DNA of 38,427 bases. Source: a virus. The DNA is taken from the IMG/VR virus record IMGVR_UViG_3300050144_000056. One strand, 5' to 3'. The translations under genes and the position numbers were made by a program. Positions 25,537-32,442 of the stretch are shown here, piece after piece (position 1 is the first letter of the stretch; the number at the start of each line of letters is the position of its first letter). The notes below the pieces were generated by a model that saw only the letters and a program-made list of their open reading frames with translations, had not been told where the DNA came from and made no database searches.

Positions 25537-25582
25537 TACTGTGTTAAGCCCCGCCAAGGGCCGATAGCATAATTTTAGCAGA

Positions 25583-25792
25583 CTATGGCTTGCGAGTCAC
25601 TACCCGATAGACATAAAACCATCGCCCGTTATCGGGGTAGCGCTTGGTCTTGGTTAGCTCTTCGTTAGGGCGTAGCTGCTCCCCAATTCGACGCCAGCTA
25701 CAGACGCTTATTCCCGTCATTTGTAGCTCAAGGGTAGACATACCGCGCTTTTTAAGCAGGGCGATCAGTTTGCGGCCTTGGGTGGTTTTCAT
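25583..25792 (-). CDS. Small basic protein, possibly DNA-binding (69 aa)
   Basis: ATG start; the segment KLIALLKKRGMSTLELQMTG is winged-helix-like. Confidence 0.45.
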   Translation of the reverse strand: MKTTQGRKLIALLKKRGMSTLELQMTGISVCSWRRIGEQLRPNEELTKTKRYPDNGRWFYVYRVVTRKP

Positions 25793-25802
25793 GATTCATC
25801 CT

Positions 25803-26483
25803 TTAAATCAATGGCTCTTGTATTTGCTTGGGCGGCTCTGGTGCGAACAGTTGTCCTTGTGCTACTGCTTGCTCTATGAGCTTGCAGGCAATGTCGAAAT
25901 ACTTGGGTTCGCGCTCAATGCCGATAAAGGAGCAGCCTAGCTGGATTGCGGCTACAGCGCAACTCCCACTGCCTAGGAATGGGTCAAGCACCGTTGAGAT
26001 AAATGGCAGATATTCAATGCACCAGCGATAGAGCGCGACTGGCCTCTCGCATGGATGACAAGTTTCTGCAAGCCTTGATACGTCAAAGTTTGTCCAAGGG
26101 ATACGGACTATTTCCGTTTTCTGAAAATGGGTGCAACTAGCAATGTCACACTTGCTGAAGTTGGGCATAGGCTGCGCCTTGTCCCAAATAATTGCGCCGC
26201 CACGATCTTCAAAGCAGTTGAAGAAATTTGCACCCCAAATAATCCGGTGCTTTGATTTCTCTTTGATGAGACTGAAAAATTCATGCGAGGGTGAAGTCTC
26301 ATTCCACTGAACCAACTCACCCGCAAGATCGCCGCGCCCCCGAATGTTTCCAGTTGTCTGAACAAAATTACCCACTCCAAATGGCGGGTCAGTAATCACC
26401 GCATCCACCTTTGGCAGCGTTGGCAGCACATCCATGCAGTCGCCCAAATAGAGCGTTGCGTTTCCGATTCTTACGGGCTCCAT
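25803..26483 (-). CDS. DNA methyltransferase (N6-adenine/N4-cytosine type, beta-class motif order)
   Basis: Motif IV (ITDPPFG) is near the N-terminus and motif I (LDPFLGSGSCAVAA) near the C-terminus. Confidence 0.85.
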   Translation of the reverse strand: MEPVRIGNATLYLGDCMDVLPTLPKVDAVITDPPFGVGNFVQTTGNIRGRGDLAGELVQWNETSPSHEFFSLIKEKSKHRIIWGANFFNCFEDRGGAIIWDKAQPMPNFSKCDIASCTHFQKTEIVRIPWTNFDVSRLAETCHPCERPVALYRWCIEYLPFISTVLDPFLGSGSCAVAAIQLGCSFIGIEREPKYFDIACKLIEQAVAQGQLFAPEPPKQIQEPLI

Positions 26484-26593
26484 TAGCAGGGTACTCCGTG
26501 GCTCTTGATATGCGAATGATCAGACCCCGGACGATAGAACGTAGGCTGTGGGTCGCCGTCACCAGTCCGATACGTTCCGCGCCCGATCACATA

Positions 26594-26827
26594 CTAACGA
26601 ATCCCCGCTGTGTTCTTTTGGTCAAGCGCTTGTCGGCCCATGACTGTAATGTGGTATGCGCCCTCAGCCTCAAAACAGTAGCCAGCCTCGACCAACTGAG
26701 TTAGCCAACCCTTAAGAACTTCGGGGTGTAGCGGTGCGTTGTAGTCTCCGTGGGTAAAGTATTGTTCACGGCGGGGGGATTGCGCGATAGATGTGAGCAT
26801 CCGGCGCAGGCGTTCATTGAGTTTCAT
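26594..26827 (-). CDS. Small winged-helix-like protein (77 aa)
   Basis: Trimmed to the ATG at 26827 (ATGA coupling). Confidence 0.45.
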   Translation of the reverse strand: MKLNERLRRMLTSIAQSPRREQYFTHGDYNAPLHPEVLKGWLTQLVEAGYCFEAEGAYHITVMGRQALDQKNTAGIR

Positions 26828-27201
26828 TGCTTTACCTCCCAAAAAGAAACTGATTCAGAGTAATAACCATTGCTTTCGCCAAACCAGCGAATGTCCACAT
26901 ATCCTTTGATTGTTGACAGCTTGTAAAAAGTCCAAGTTTGACTTTCTGGCTCGTATTCATGTGTAAAACATTCTGGTGTTTCATGGCTAAAGTTTTCTTC
27001 GGCCATGAGAATAGGGCTTCCAATCAAGTCCAAAAGATCACCTGTAATGCTTTCAATGGTGACACTTTCGCAGCAATCTTGCTGATGGCTCATTTCAAAA
27101 ACTTGACCTTTGTCATTGGTGAAAATGAGTCTTTCATCATTTATGTTTTGAATGCTAGTTAACGTCTGCCCCAAAAGGCTGTTGAATTCGATGTAGCTCA
27201 T
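26824..27201 (-). CDS. Hypothetical protein, first gene of the minus-strand early operon (125 aa)
   Basis: ATG at 27201 preceded by the conserved leader AACGGAGCGACTA. Confidence 0.55.
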   Translation of the reverse strand: MSYIEFNSLLGQTLTSIQNINDERLIFTNDKGQVFEMSHQQDCCESVTIESITGDLLDLIGSPILMAEENFSHETPECFTHEYEPESQTWTFYKLSTIKGYVDIRWFGESNGYYSESVSFWEVKQ

Positions 27202-27229
27202 TAGTCGCTCCGTTGTTAAAGAGGCTTGA

Positions 27230-27303
27230 ATCATTGCACAGTTCGGCGGGTATCGGTATTAGGGTTTCCCCTAATGGTCGGCATCAAATTTATGCTAGAC
27301 AAT
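27230..27303. promoter_or_regulatory. Divergent control region: one palindrome flanked by two outward promoters
   Basis: TAGGGTTTCCCCTA at 27260..27273. Plus-strand promoter: TGGTCG-17-GACAAT (27275..27303). Minus-strand promoter: TACCGA-17-AATGAT (27258..27230). Confidence 0.55.
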
Positions 27304-27332
27304 TCACCACATCAACAAACCGGAGCGAACAG

Positions 27333-27536
27333 ATGCAAATCCCAAAAAGGTTGCTGAAGCATCCCGCAGTTTTAAGAGTTGAAGCTGGAGCCGACGCTGG
27401 AACCGATTACAGATTCTTTGTGTATTTGAAAGCTGGATATGTATTTACAGAAAGCAAGTGCGAAGGGACTAACGCTACTTGCTGCGGTGTCAATTCATAT
27501 GAGCAATTTATTCAACTAACCCCGATTTTTAAATAA
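27333..27536 (+). CDS. Hypothetical protein (67 aa)
   Basis: ATG at 27333 preceded by the leader CCGGAGCGAACAG. Confidence 0.5.
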   Translation: MQIPKRLLKHPAVLRVEAGADAGTDYRFFVYLKAGYVFTESKCEGTNATCCGVNSYEQFIQLTPIFK

Positions 27537-27540
27537 AACT

Positions 27541-27584
27541 TAGGGTAAACACCTATTCGCAAGCATCAAAAGCACATAGACAAT
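27541..27584 (+). promoter_or_regulatory. Degenerate operator plus promoter
   Basis: TAGGGTAAACACCTA at 27541..27555; -35 TTCGCA (27556..27561); 17-nt spacer; -10 GACAAT (27579..27584). Confidence 0.55.
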
Positions 27585-27612
27585 TCACCACATCAACAAA
27601 CCGGAGCGACAA

Positions 27613-27813
27613 ATGCACGAAAAACAAGTCTTAGCCGTACTTCATAGCATCCGCGCTATGGACACTATCTATCCTGAGGACATCGCCGCTATCTGCGCCG
27701 CTTTGTCTGCCAAAGTACACGCACAGACTAGCAGTCATCCCATGATGGCAGCGGCTGTGGATTCTTTGGACGATCTGCACATCTACATTGCTGACTATCT
27801 GGGGGAAGTATGA
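27613..27813 (+). CDS. Hypothetical protein (66 aa)
   Basis: ATG after the conserved leader; ATGA-coupled to the next gene. Confidence 0.55.
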   Translation: MHEKQVLAVLHSIRAMDTIYPEDIAAICAALSAKVHAQTSSHPMMAAAVDSLDDLHIYIADYLGEV

Positions 27814-28001
27814 GCCAAGTTGTTATGAATGAGCTAGTGAACATGAGTCAAGAAATCATCAAGCTGAAAGACGAAAAACGAGAGCTAATCGCCGCAGCAA
27901 AAAAAGCCTTGATTTACCTCGCTTACAGTGGGCAATTCAGCCGCAGCAGTGCCAAGGGTGTTCTGACCGACGCAATCGCAAAAGCAGAGGCCACAAAATG
28001 A
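27810..28001 (+). CDS. Hypothetical protein (63 aa)
   Basis: ATGA coupling at both ends. Confidence 0.55.
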   Translation: MSQVVMNELVNMSQEIIKLKDEKRELIAAAKKALIYLAYSGQFSRSSAKGVLTDAIAKAEATK

Positions 28002-28087
28002 AATACATCCGCCAATATCTGATCTACCGCCGCGCCGGTTTCACGGTGCTTAATTCTTTGAAACGTGCTTACAAGGTGTGGAAATGA
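27998..28087 (+). CDS. Hypothetical small basic protein (29 aa)
   Basis: Hand-translated as MKYIRQYLIYRRAGFTVLNSLKRAYKVWK; ATGA coupling at both ends. Confidence 0.35.
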   Translation: MKYIRQYLIYRRAGFTVLNSLKRAYKVWK

Positions 28088-28218
28088 CAGAGCAACAAAT
28101 CATTCAACTGGCATATGCCGAAGATGGGACATGTGAGCGCGTAGCTATCGAACTTGAGGCCATTGGCCTGACAAAATCGCAGGTTAAAGCAGTAATGATG
28201 AAGGAGATTGTGGGATGA
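28084..28218 (+). CDS. Hypothetical small protein (44 aa)
   Basis: Hand-translated as MTEQQIIQLAYAEDGTCERVAIELEAIGLTKSQVKAVMMKEIVG; ATGA coupling at both ends. Confidence 0.4.
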   Translation: MTEQQIIQLAYAEDGTCERVAIELEAIGLTKSQVKAVMMKEIVG

Positions 28219-28892
28219 TTGTTTACAAAGCTATTAACGCTGTGCAGGCTGAATTGGCTGTCAGTGGCATTACAAAAGATCGCACTAATACTCAGGGCAG
28301 CGGCTACAAGTTTCGCGGCATTGATGACGTTTACAACGCCATTGCGCCATTGTTGGCAAAGCATGGATTGTGTATCCTGCCTCGGGTGCTGTCTCGCACG
28401 GTTGATGAGCGCACCAGCAAAAACGGCGGGGCACTGTTCTATGTGACCGTCGATTCAGAGTTTGATTTTGTGAGCGCAGAGGATGGCTCAAAACACACGA
28501 TAAAGACCTTTGGCGAGGCTATGGACAGCGGCGACAAGGCCACTAACAAAGCCATGAGCGCGGCCTATAAATACGCCTGTTTTCAGGCATTCAGCATTCC
28601 CACTGAATCAGACAACGATGCAGACGCGCACACTCACGAAGTGAAGCAAAAAGAAGTGAAGCGCCAAGGCGGTTTATCGGGCATTGGAGACGACTTGTCC
28701 GAGGACTGGAAAACCTACCTACAAGACACGGCTAAACTCGTTGTAGACCTTGTGGCACAGGGTAAATTCGATGAGGCCAATTTCGAGCGCTACAAAGAAC
28801 CGCTAGACGATGTACAAGAGCTGTACCTTGAGCGTTTCCTCGATTCCAAAACCCGCAGCGCAATCCGCAAACACAACCAGACGAAAGGCTAA
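28215..28892 (+). CDS. erf: ERF-family single-strand annealing recombinase
   Basis: YKFRGIDDVYNAIAPLLAKHG and GEAMDSGDKATNKAMSAAYKYACFQAFSIPT match ERF family signatures. Confidence 0.85.
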   Translation: MIVYKAINAVQAELAVSGITKDRTNTQGSGYKFRGIDDVYNAIAPLLAKHGLCILPRVLSRTVDERTSKNGGALFYVTVDSEFDFVSAEDGSKHTIKTFGEAMDSGDKATNKAMSAAYKYACFQAFSIPTESDNDADAHTHEVKQKEVKRQGGLSGIGDDLSEDWKTYLQDTAKLVVDLVAQGKFDEANFERYKEPLDDVQELYLERFLDSKTRSAIRKHNQTKG

Positions 28893-28894
28893 TC

Positions 28895-29368
28895 ATGGCA
28901 TATACGCCAAAAAGCAAACCAAAAAAAGGTGCGCACCTGTATAAGCATGGATTGGTTGGACATCCTTTGTATGGTCGATGGCGAAGAATGATACAAAGAT
29001 GCACCGACCCAAATGCAAAAGACTATAAAAGCTACGGTGCACGTGGAATTACGGTGTGCAATGAGTGGATGTCCTTTGAGGTTTTTTTGGCTCAAATGGG
29101 GGAGCCAAAAGCAAAACAAGAATTAGACAGAATCGACAACTCAAAAGGATATTGTGCGGAAAATTGCAGGTGGGTAGATAGGTCAACAAACATGAAAAAC
29201 ACAAGAAATTCCGTAATCATTGAGTACAACGGAGAATCTAAAAACTTAGGCGATTGGGCAAAAATTGTCGGGGTTGCAAGAGATACGCTTAAATATAGGC
29301 TAAAGAATTGGCCTATTGAAAAAGCAATGAGTAAATGTAAATTCAAAACCAATGGAGAGCCAGCATGA
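28895..29368 (+). CDS. HNH-type homing-endonuclease-like protein with a C-terminal HTH
   Basis: ELDRIDNSKGYCAENCRWV is a motif of phage HNH-like proteins. The C-terminus reads NLGDWAKIVGVARDTLKYRLKN. AT-rich. Confidence 0.6.
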   Translation: MAYTPKSKPKKGAHLYKHGLVGHPLYGRWRRMIQRCTDPNAKDYKSYGARGITVCNEWMSFEVFLAQMGEPKAKQELDRIDNSKGYCAENCRWVDRSTNMKNTRNSVIIEYNGESKNLGDWAKIVGVARDTLKYRLKNWPIEKAMSKCKFKTNGEPA

Positions 29369-29688
29369 GCAATTACGACACACCATATCAACAAAAAGAT
29401 AACAGCGGTTCAATTTTCCGCAATGACAAGAAATTGTCTGACACCCACCCAGACGGTAAAGGCTCATGCGTCATTGATGGCGTCGAATACTGGGTCTCTA
29501 GCTGGAATAAAACCAGCGCAAAGGGCGTGCAGTTCCGCAGCTTGTCATTCCAACGCAAGGAACAACCCGCAACAGTGCCACAGCAACGCGCACCGGCTCC
29601 GCGACAGGCTCCAGCACGACAAGCGCCACAACAGGCGCAACGTCCTGCAAGTGGTTTTGATGACATGGACCAAGATATACCTTTTTGA
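29365..29688 (+). CDS. SSB-like protein with an acidic DIPF tail
   Basis: 107 aa. Pro/Gln/Ala-rich linker, then the C-terminal FDDMDQDIPF typical of SSB tails. It lies next to erf. Confidence 0.5.
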   Translation: MSNYDTPYQQKDNSGSIFRNDKKLSDTHPDGKGSCVIDGVEYWVSSWNKTSAKGVQFRSLSFQRKEQPATVPQQRAPAPRQAPARQAPQQAQRPASGFDDMDQDIPF

Positions 29689-29691
29689 TGT

Positions 29692-29713
29692 ATACTCCAT
29701 TTTAAAGGAGTAT
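29692..29713 (+). promoter_or_regulatory. Hairpin sequestering the RBS of the downstream HNH gene
   Basis: ATACTCC (29692..29698) pairs with GGAGTAT (29707..29713). The GGAG is the SD, 7 nt before the ATG at 29718. Confidence 0.45.
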
Positions 29714-29717
29714 CTTT

Positions 29718-30194
29718 ATGAAGCCGTGCATTGCTTGTCATATCCAAAAACCAATTGAGTGTTTTTATAAACACAAAGCCATGAAAGATGGTCATCTAAA
29801 CAAATGTATTGAGTGCTGTAAAAAGCATGAGCATTTGCGCAGAGTTTCAAAAATTGAAGAAATACGAGCTTACGACAGAATGCGCGGTTCTTTGCCTCAC
29901 AGACTTGAAGCTAATAGGCTTAGGCAAAAAACTGAGCAAGGAAAATTAATTCACTTGCAGGCAAATGAGAGATATAAAGAAAAATACAAGAACAGGCATG
30001 CTGCTAGGCACATTGTTGGAAATGCACTAAGGGATGGAAAAATATTTAAGCAGCCTTGCTTTGTTTGCGGAGACCCAAAGACTGAAGGACATCACCCAGA
30101 CTACGACAGGCCGCTAGAGGTTGTATGGCTTTGCATGAAACATCACAAAGAGGCACACAAAATGACAAACGAGCTACTTCGGAACCAAGGGTAA
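29718..30194 (+). CDS. HNH endonuclease
   Basis: N-terminal Cys clusters (CIACH..., CIECC) and C-terminal CFVCGDPKTEGHHPDYDRPLEVVWLCMKHHKEAH. AT-rich. Confidence 0.8.
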   Translation: MKPCIACHIQKPIECFYKHKAMKDGHLNKCIECCKKHEHLRRVSKIEEIRAYDRMRGSLPHRLEANRLRQKTEQGKLIHLQANERYKEKYKNRHAARHIVGNALRDGKIFKQPCFVCGDPKTEGHHPDYDRPLEVVWLCMKHHKEAHKMTNELLRNQG

Positions 30195-30200
30195 ACACCT

Positions 30201-30365
30201 ATGCCAATCATGACGCAACGGTTATATGATTTCCTTGAGGATGTGAAAGCAAACATATCTCACACGGAAACAATCGCGGCATTGAGGGCGATTGCCCTTG
30301 ATGCTCTATTACTTGCACAGGAGCTAGAAAATGCACAAACACGATCTGATAGTGATGAGAGCTAG
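30201..30365 (+). CDS. Hypothetical small protein (54 aa)
   Basis: Hand-translated as MPIMTQRLYDFLEDVKANISHTETIAALRAIALDALLLAQELENAQTRSDSDES. Confidence 0.35.
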   Translation: MPIMTQRLYDFLEDVKANISHTETIAALRAIALDALLLAQELENAQTRSDSDES

Positions 30366-30566
30366 TTTTATCGCTCTGGTGATTCTGATGTTATGGATAC
30401 TGTAGTAGGACGAATCCGTGACGCGCTGGCGATTGTCGGCGTGTTTGTTGTTATTCTTTTGATTGGGTTTCTTTGACCAATTTACGATGGTGTGCCGTAT
30501 GTGGCAAAAAAACAGAAGGCCCTCACACGCTTAAATTTGTTTTAGGCGGTAGGGCTTTGGTTTGTA

Positions 30567-30974
30567 CTAAGCACGGGCCTGCCCGTTCAGCTTCTCGATT
30601 GTTCGCAAACCTCCAAGGCCAAGCATCCCCATCAAAACAGGAAGCATCTCAGTGAGGTCTGCGGGGCGTAGGTCTAGGCTGTGCCCTGCGACCAATAGAC
30701 CGGCCTTGACTACGGGTAGGCCAATCCAGTTCCAAGCGCATGCCATGCCGCAAACCCAGCCAATGAACGGACGCCAGCCAGAGACAAAGACGGACGCGCT
30801 TTTGGCTTCCTCTTTGTTGACTTCAAGTTGTCCGGTGATTATCGCAAGGTCGCCGGATTGCTGCATTTTCAGCAGCTCCAGCTTTGCTGCATCACGTTGC
30901 GCGGGGTCTGGCCATAGCCGGTCAATCAACTTACCGCCAATGTCTAGGACTGCGCTTAGTGGGTCGTATGCCAT
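30567..30974 (-). CDS. Holin, 3-TM type
   Basis: 135 aa, adjacent to the endolysin. The N-terminal amphipathic region (DPAQRDAAKLELLKMQQ) followed by VFVSGWRPFIGWVCGMACAWNWIGLP resembles the 'holin of 3TMs' family. Confidence 0.7.
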   Translation of the reverse strand: MAYDPLSAVLDIGGKLIDRLWPDPAQRDAAKLELLKMQQSGDLAIITGQLEVNKEEAKSASVFVSGWRPFIGWVCGMACAWNWIGLPVVKAGLLVAGHSLDLRPADLTEMLPVLMGMLGLGGLRTIEKLNGQARA

Positions 30975-31445
30975 TTAAATCCCCTTGAGTTGGTCAGCAA
31001 TGCGACGCGCCCAGCCTTTGCCGAATGTGTCCCATGTGGTCAGCTTGGTCATAAATTCTAGACGCTGGCCTAAGAATCGAGCGCTAATAGCCTCAGCGTC
31101 TGAGCGCCCAACGGCTGCGAGTGTCATCGGGCCTATAACACCGTCATCTGCGAGATTGACAGCACGTTGTAAGAATCGGATAGCCTGCCCAATTCCACTG
31201 TTAACAGCAGCGTCAAACAGTAAATAAGCCACTTGAGGGGGGAGCTTGTCGCACTGCGCACGGTCCCAATAGTCTCGCTTATAAATGTCTTTTGCTGCGT
31301 CTAGCGTCAGGTTTTTGATGTCAACCTGCGGGTAAGCCCGTTTAGATATGCCGAACTTGGTTTCGCCGCCGGGGTCGCGTGGGTCGTTTACATACCCGCC
31401 TTCATGCGAGATTAGCTTGTCAAAACACTGGTCAAACCATGTCAT
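30975..31445 (-). CDS. Endolysin, glycoside hydrolase family 108 with PG_binding_3-like C-terminus
   Basis: The N-terminal SHEGGYVNDPRDPGGETKFGI is the GH108 signature; the C-terminus contains DGVIGPMTLAA. Confidence 0.85.
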   Translation of the reverse strand: MTWFDQCFDKLISHEGGYVNDPRDPGGETKFGISKRAYPQVDIKNLTLDAAKDIYKRDYWDRAQCDKLPPQVAYLLFDAAVNSGIGQAIRFLQRAVNLADDGVIGPMTLAAVGRSDAEAISARFLGQRLEFMTKLTTWDTFGKGWARRIADQLKGI

Positions 31446-31825
31446 TTGTCAGCCTTTCGGGATAGCCCCTCATGAATGGCACTCAGCATCTCAACGTGCC
31501 TATCTTCGGAGCGTCTAGCGTGCTCTTCCAGCTTGTCAAATATCTTAGCGATGTGTCCCCGTTGGGTCTCCATCTCGCTCATGATTCGACTATCTTCTTC
31601 TCTGGCGAATTTGATAGCTTCGGTCACACGGTAGTCAATGTGTTCCATGAACTTGTCACTCAGTTTAGATTGTCCCTGAGAGGCTTGTTCTTTTAGCTTT
31701 TCGTGCGCGTCTTTTATCGCTTTGTGCTCGGCCTCGTTGTGATTCCAAGCCCATGCCGCCACACCCGCAAGGGGAACCAAAACCCAGTCTTTAATGATTT
31801 CAAACATTGAAGGCTCTACGTTCAT
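31442..31825 (-). CDS. N-terminal TM plus coiled-coil protein (127 aa), possible i-spanin-like
   Basis: ATG at 31825. TM segment WVLVPLAGVAAWAW is followed by a charged helical region. Located in the lysis cassette. Confidence 0.4.
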   Translation of the reverse strand: MNVEPSMFEIIKDWVLVPLAGVAAWAWNHNEAEHKAIKDAHEKLKEQASQGQSKLSDKFMEHIDYRVTEAIKFAREEDSRIMSEMETQRGHIAKIFDKLEEHARRSEDRHVEMLSAIHEGLSRKADK

Positions 31826-31827
31826 TT

Positions 31828-32112
31828 TTACCCCATTGCTTTGATATGGTTGGGCGATATTGAGTTGATCTCTTTGGCAATAGCGGCAGCGAGTAGCCAC
31901 CTCTCATGCTCATGTTTTCCGATTATGCGTTCTAACGTGTGGGAGATAGTCCATTCCCCTCGCTCAGGCCAGCCGAAGACTAGCGCCCATGTTGTATGAG
32001 CGATAAGCACATCAAGAATGAATCCGGGGATGACTGCCCAGCAATGCCACCACTTCCCACCATCTACACACTCTAAGGCGGGTTTTAGCAGGATGAGAAA
32101 TAGGAAAATCAC
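31828..32112 (-). CDS. Membrane protein (94 aa)
   Basis: GTG start overlapping the upstream stop (GTGA); hydrophobic N-terminal segments. Confidence 0.45.
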   Translation of the reverse strand: MIFLFLILLKPALECVDGGKWWHCWAVIPGFILDVLIAHTTWALVFGWPERGEWTISHTLERIIGKHEHERWLLAAAIAKEINSISPNHIKAMG

Positions 32113-32432
32113 AGCAAGTCCCGCAGAGCCTTGATCTGGTTGTCAAATGCTTTGACTGCTTGGTAGCCGGGGTTTACTGCCAGAATTTCAGCCGGTGCGT
32201 TCAGCTCCATGAATGTCAGCATAAATTCGCGTGTAGCGCGGGGCATTAGTTGCTCGGCTTCTAGCTGCTTGATCTGAGCGCGAATGGCGTCTTTTGGGTC
32301 AGCTTCTGACGGCTTCTGGCGCAGTGCCTCGGCTTCTTCTTCCGTGATGGCAATGCAGCCTTCAGGCAGCAAGTGAGCAAATTCAGGCTCGATGCAGTGC
32401 AGAGAGTTATCGGGGGTTTTGTAGTGTTGCAT
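32109..32432 (-). CDS. Tail-fibre assembly/chaperone-like protein (putative)
   Basis: 107 aa, immediately downstream of the tail-fibre gene. The call rests on position and size. Confidence 0.4.
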   Translation of the reverse strand: MQHYKTPDNSLHCIEPEFAHLLPEGCIAITEEEAEALRQKPSEADPKDAIRAQIKQLEAEQLMPRATREFMLTFMELNAPAEILAVNPGYQAVKAFDNQIKALRDLL

Positions 32433-32442
32433 TACTTAGTCC

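Noticed and set aside
30556-30575. Bidirectional terminator (ACGGGCCTGCCCGT) between the convergent operons
   Set aside because: The stem is only 5 bp once a viable loop is allowed, there is no U-tract on either strand, and it overlaps the holin stop codon.
30473-30655. 60-aa plus-strand ORF (TTG start) with a CxxC...CxxH pattern
   Set aside because: Its last ~89 nt run antisense into the well-supported holin gene, and it lacks an ATG or a clear RBS. A shorter zinc-ribbon peptide is possible but unsupported.
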